The position numbers were made by a program, and so were the translations under genes. The notes beneath the pieces were generated by a model that was not told where the DNA came from, ran no database searches, and saw only the letters and a program-made list of their open reading frames with translations. A stretch of DNA of 63,184 nucleotides, filler included, from Kipferlia bialata (taxonomy: Eukaryota): NCBI GenBank assembly GCA_003568945.1. It is 3 parts of 3 records of this genome, joined end to end, with 100 filler letters (N's around TTAATTAATTAA, not from the genome) between each part and the next. Parts side by side here need not be neighbours in the genome. Positions count along the whole stretch, not along the records: positions 51,911 to 63,184 come from BDIP01000141.1; 2 more parts are not named here. The stretch is one strand, 5' to 3'. This document shows positions 62,843-63,184 of this stretch, piece after piece (within the stretch, counting starts at the first letter, position 1; the number at the start of each line of letters is the position of its first letter).

Positions 62843-63184
62843 TGGGGATTAGACAAAGATTGACAATATATACATATATATATAGAGAGAGAGCGAGAGA
62901 AAGGGAGAGAGAGAGAGAGAGTCCCTCCTTGGACACGGTCAGTATGTGGCTTCAGGGTCATACTTCTTTCGCACACATATGCATATATACTTGAGAGAGA
63001 GAGATACAGAGAGAGAGAGAGTCACGAGAATGATACGCACAAAGGGACATGACGAATGAGTATCCCAGCGACTGGAAACTAGGTAGGTAAAGGGAGGGGT
63101 GAGAGAGAGAGAGAGAGAGAGAGGAGATAGTGACAATAGGTGAGGTAGGGGGGGGGGGGGGGGGGCCACCCCCCTTTGAGGGAA

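Overview
Eukaryotic, very intron-rich protist scaffold. Introns are short GT-AG with the branch point fused close to the acceptor (CT[C/G/A]AC-N3-6-AG, e.g. CTCACCCCCAG), and there are poly-C/G runs and (AG)n/(TA)n microsatellites. This style is consistent with a free-living metamonad such as Kipferlia bialata (inference only). Most ORF-track entries are exon fragments or shadow ORFs. Manual splicing gives, in order: KRI1 3' part, an unknown gene with a degenerate SET-like end, a Rab C-terminus, a NEK2-like kinase, an LRR protein, an SLC35/TPT transporter, a CUB-repeat type I membrane protein, a small basic protein, a Kelch-like protein, a >22 kb RNF213/mysterin-like giant AAA+ gene, a WD40 protein, an intron-containing hAT transposase, a frameshifted hydrophobic-hairpin gene, a truncated GST, tRNA-Ser(CGA) and an MFS transporter. 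Two N gaps carry a TTAATTAATTAA linker, so neighbouring segments may be unlinked. The most striking unexplained signal is more than 20 intronic 'echo' copies of exon ends with their splice site. Many differ from the real exon almost only at synonymous positions, which neutral intronic duplicates should not do.
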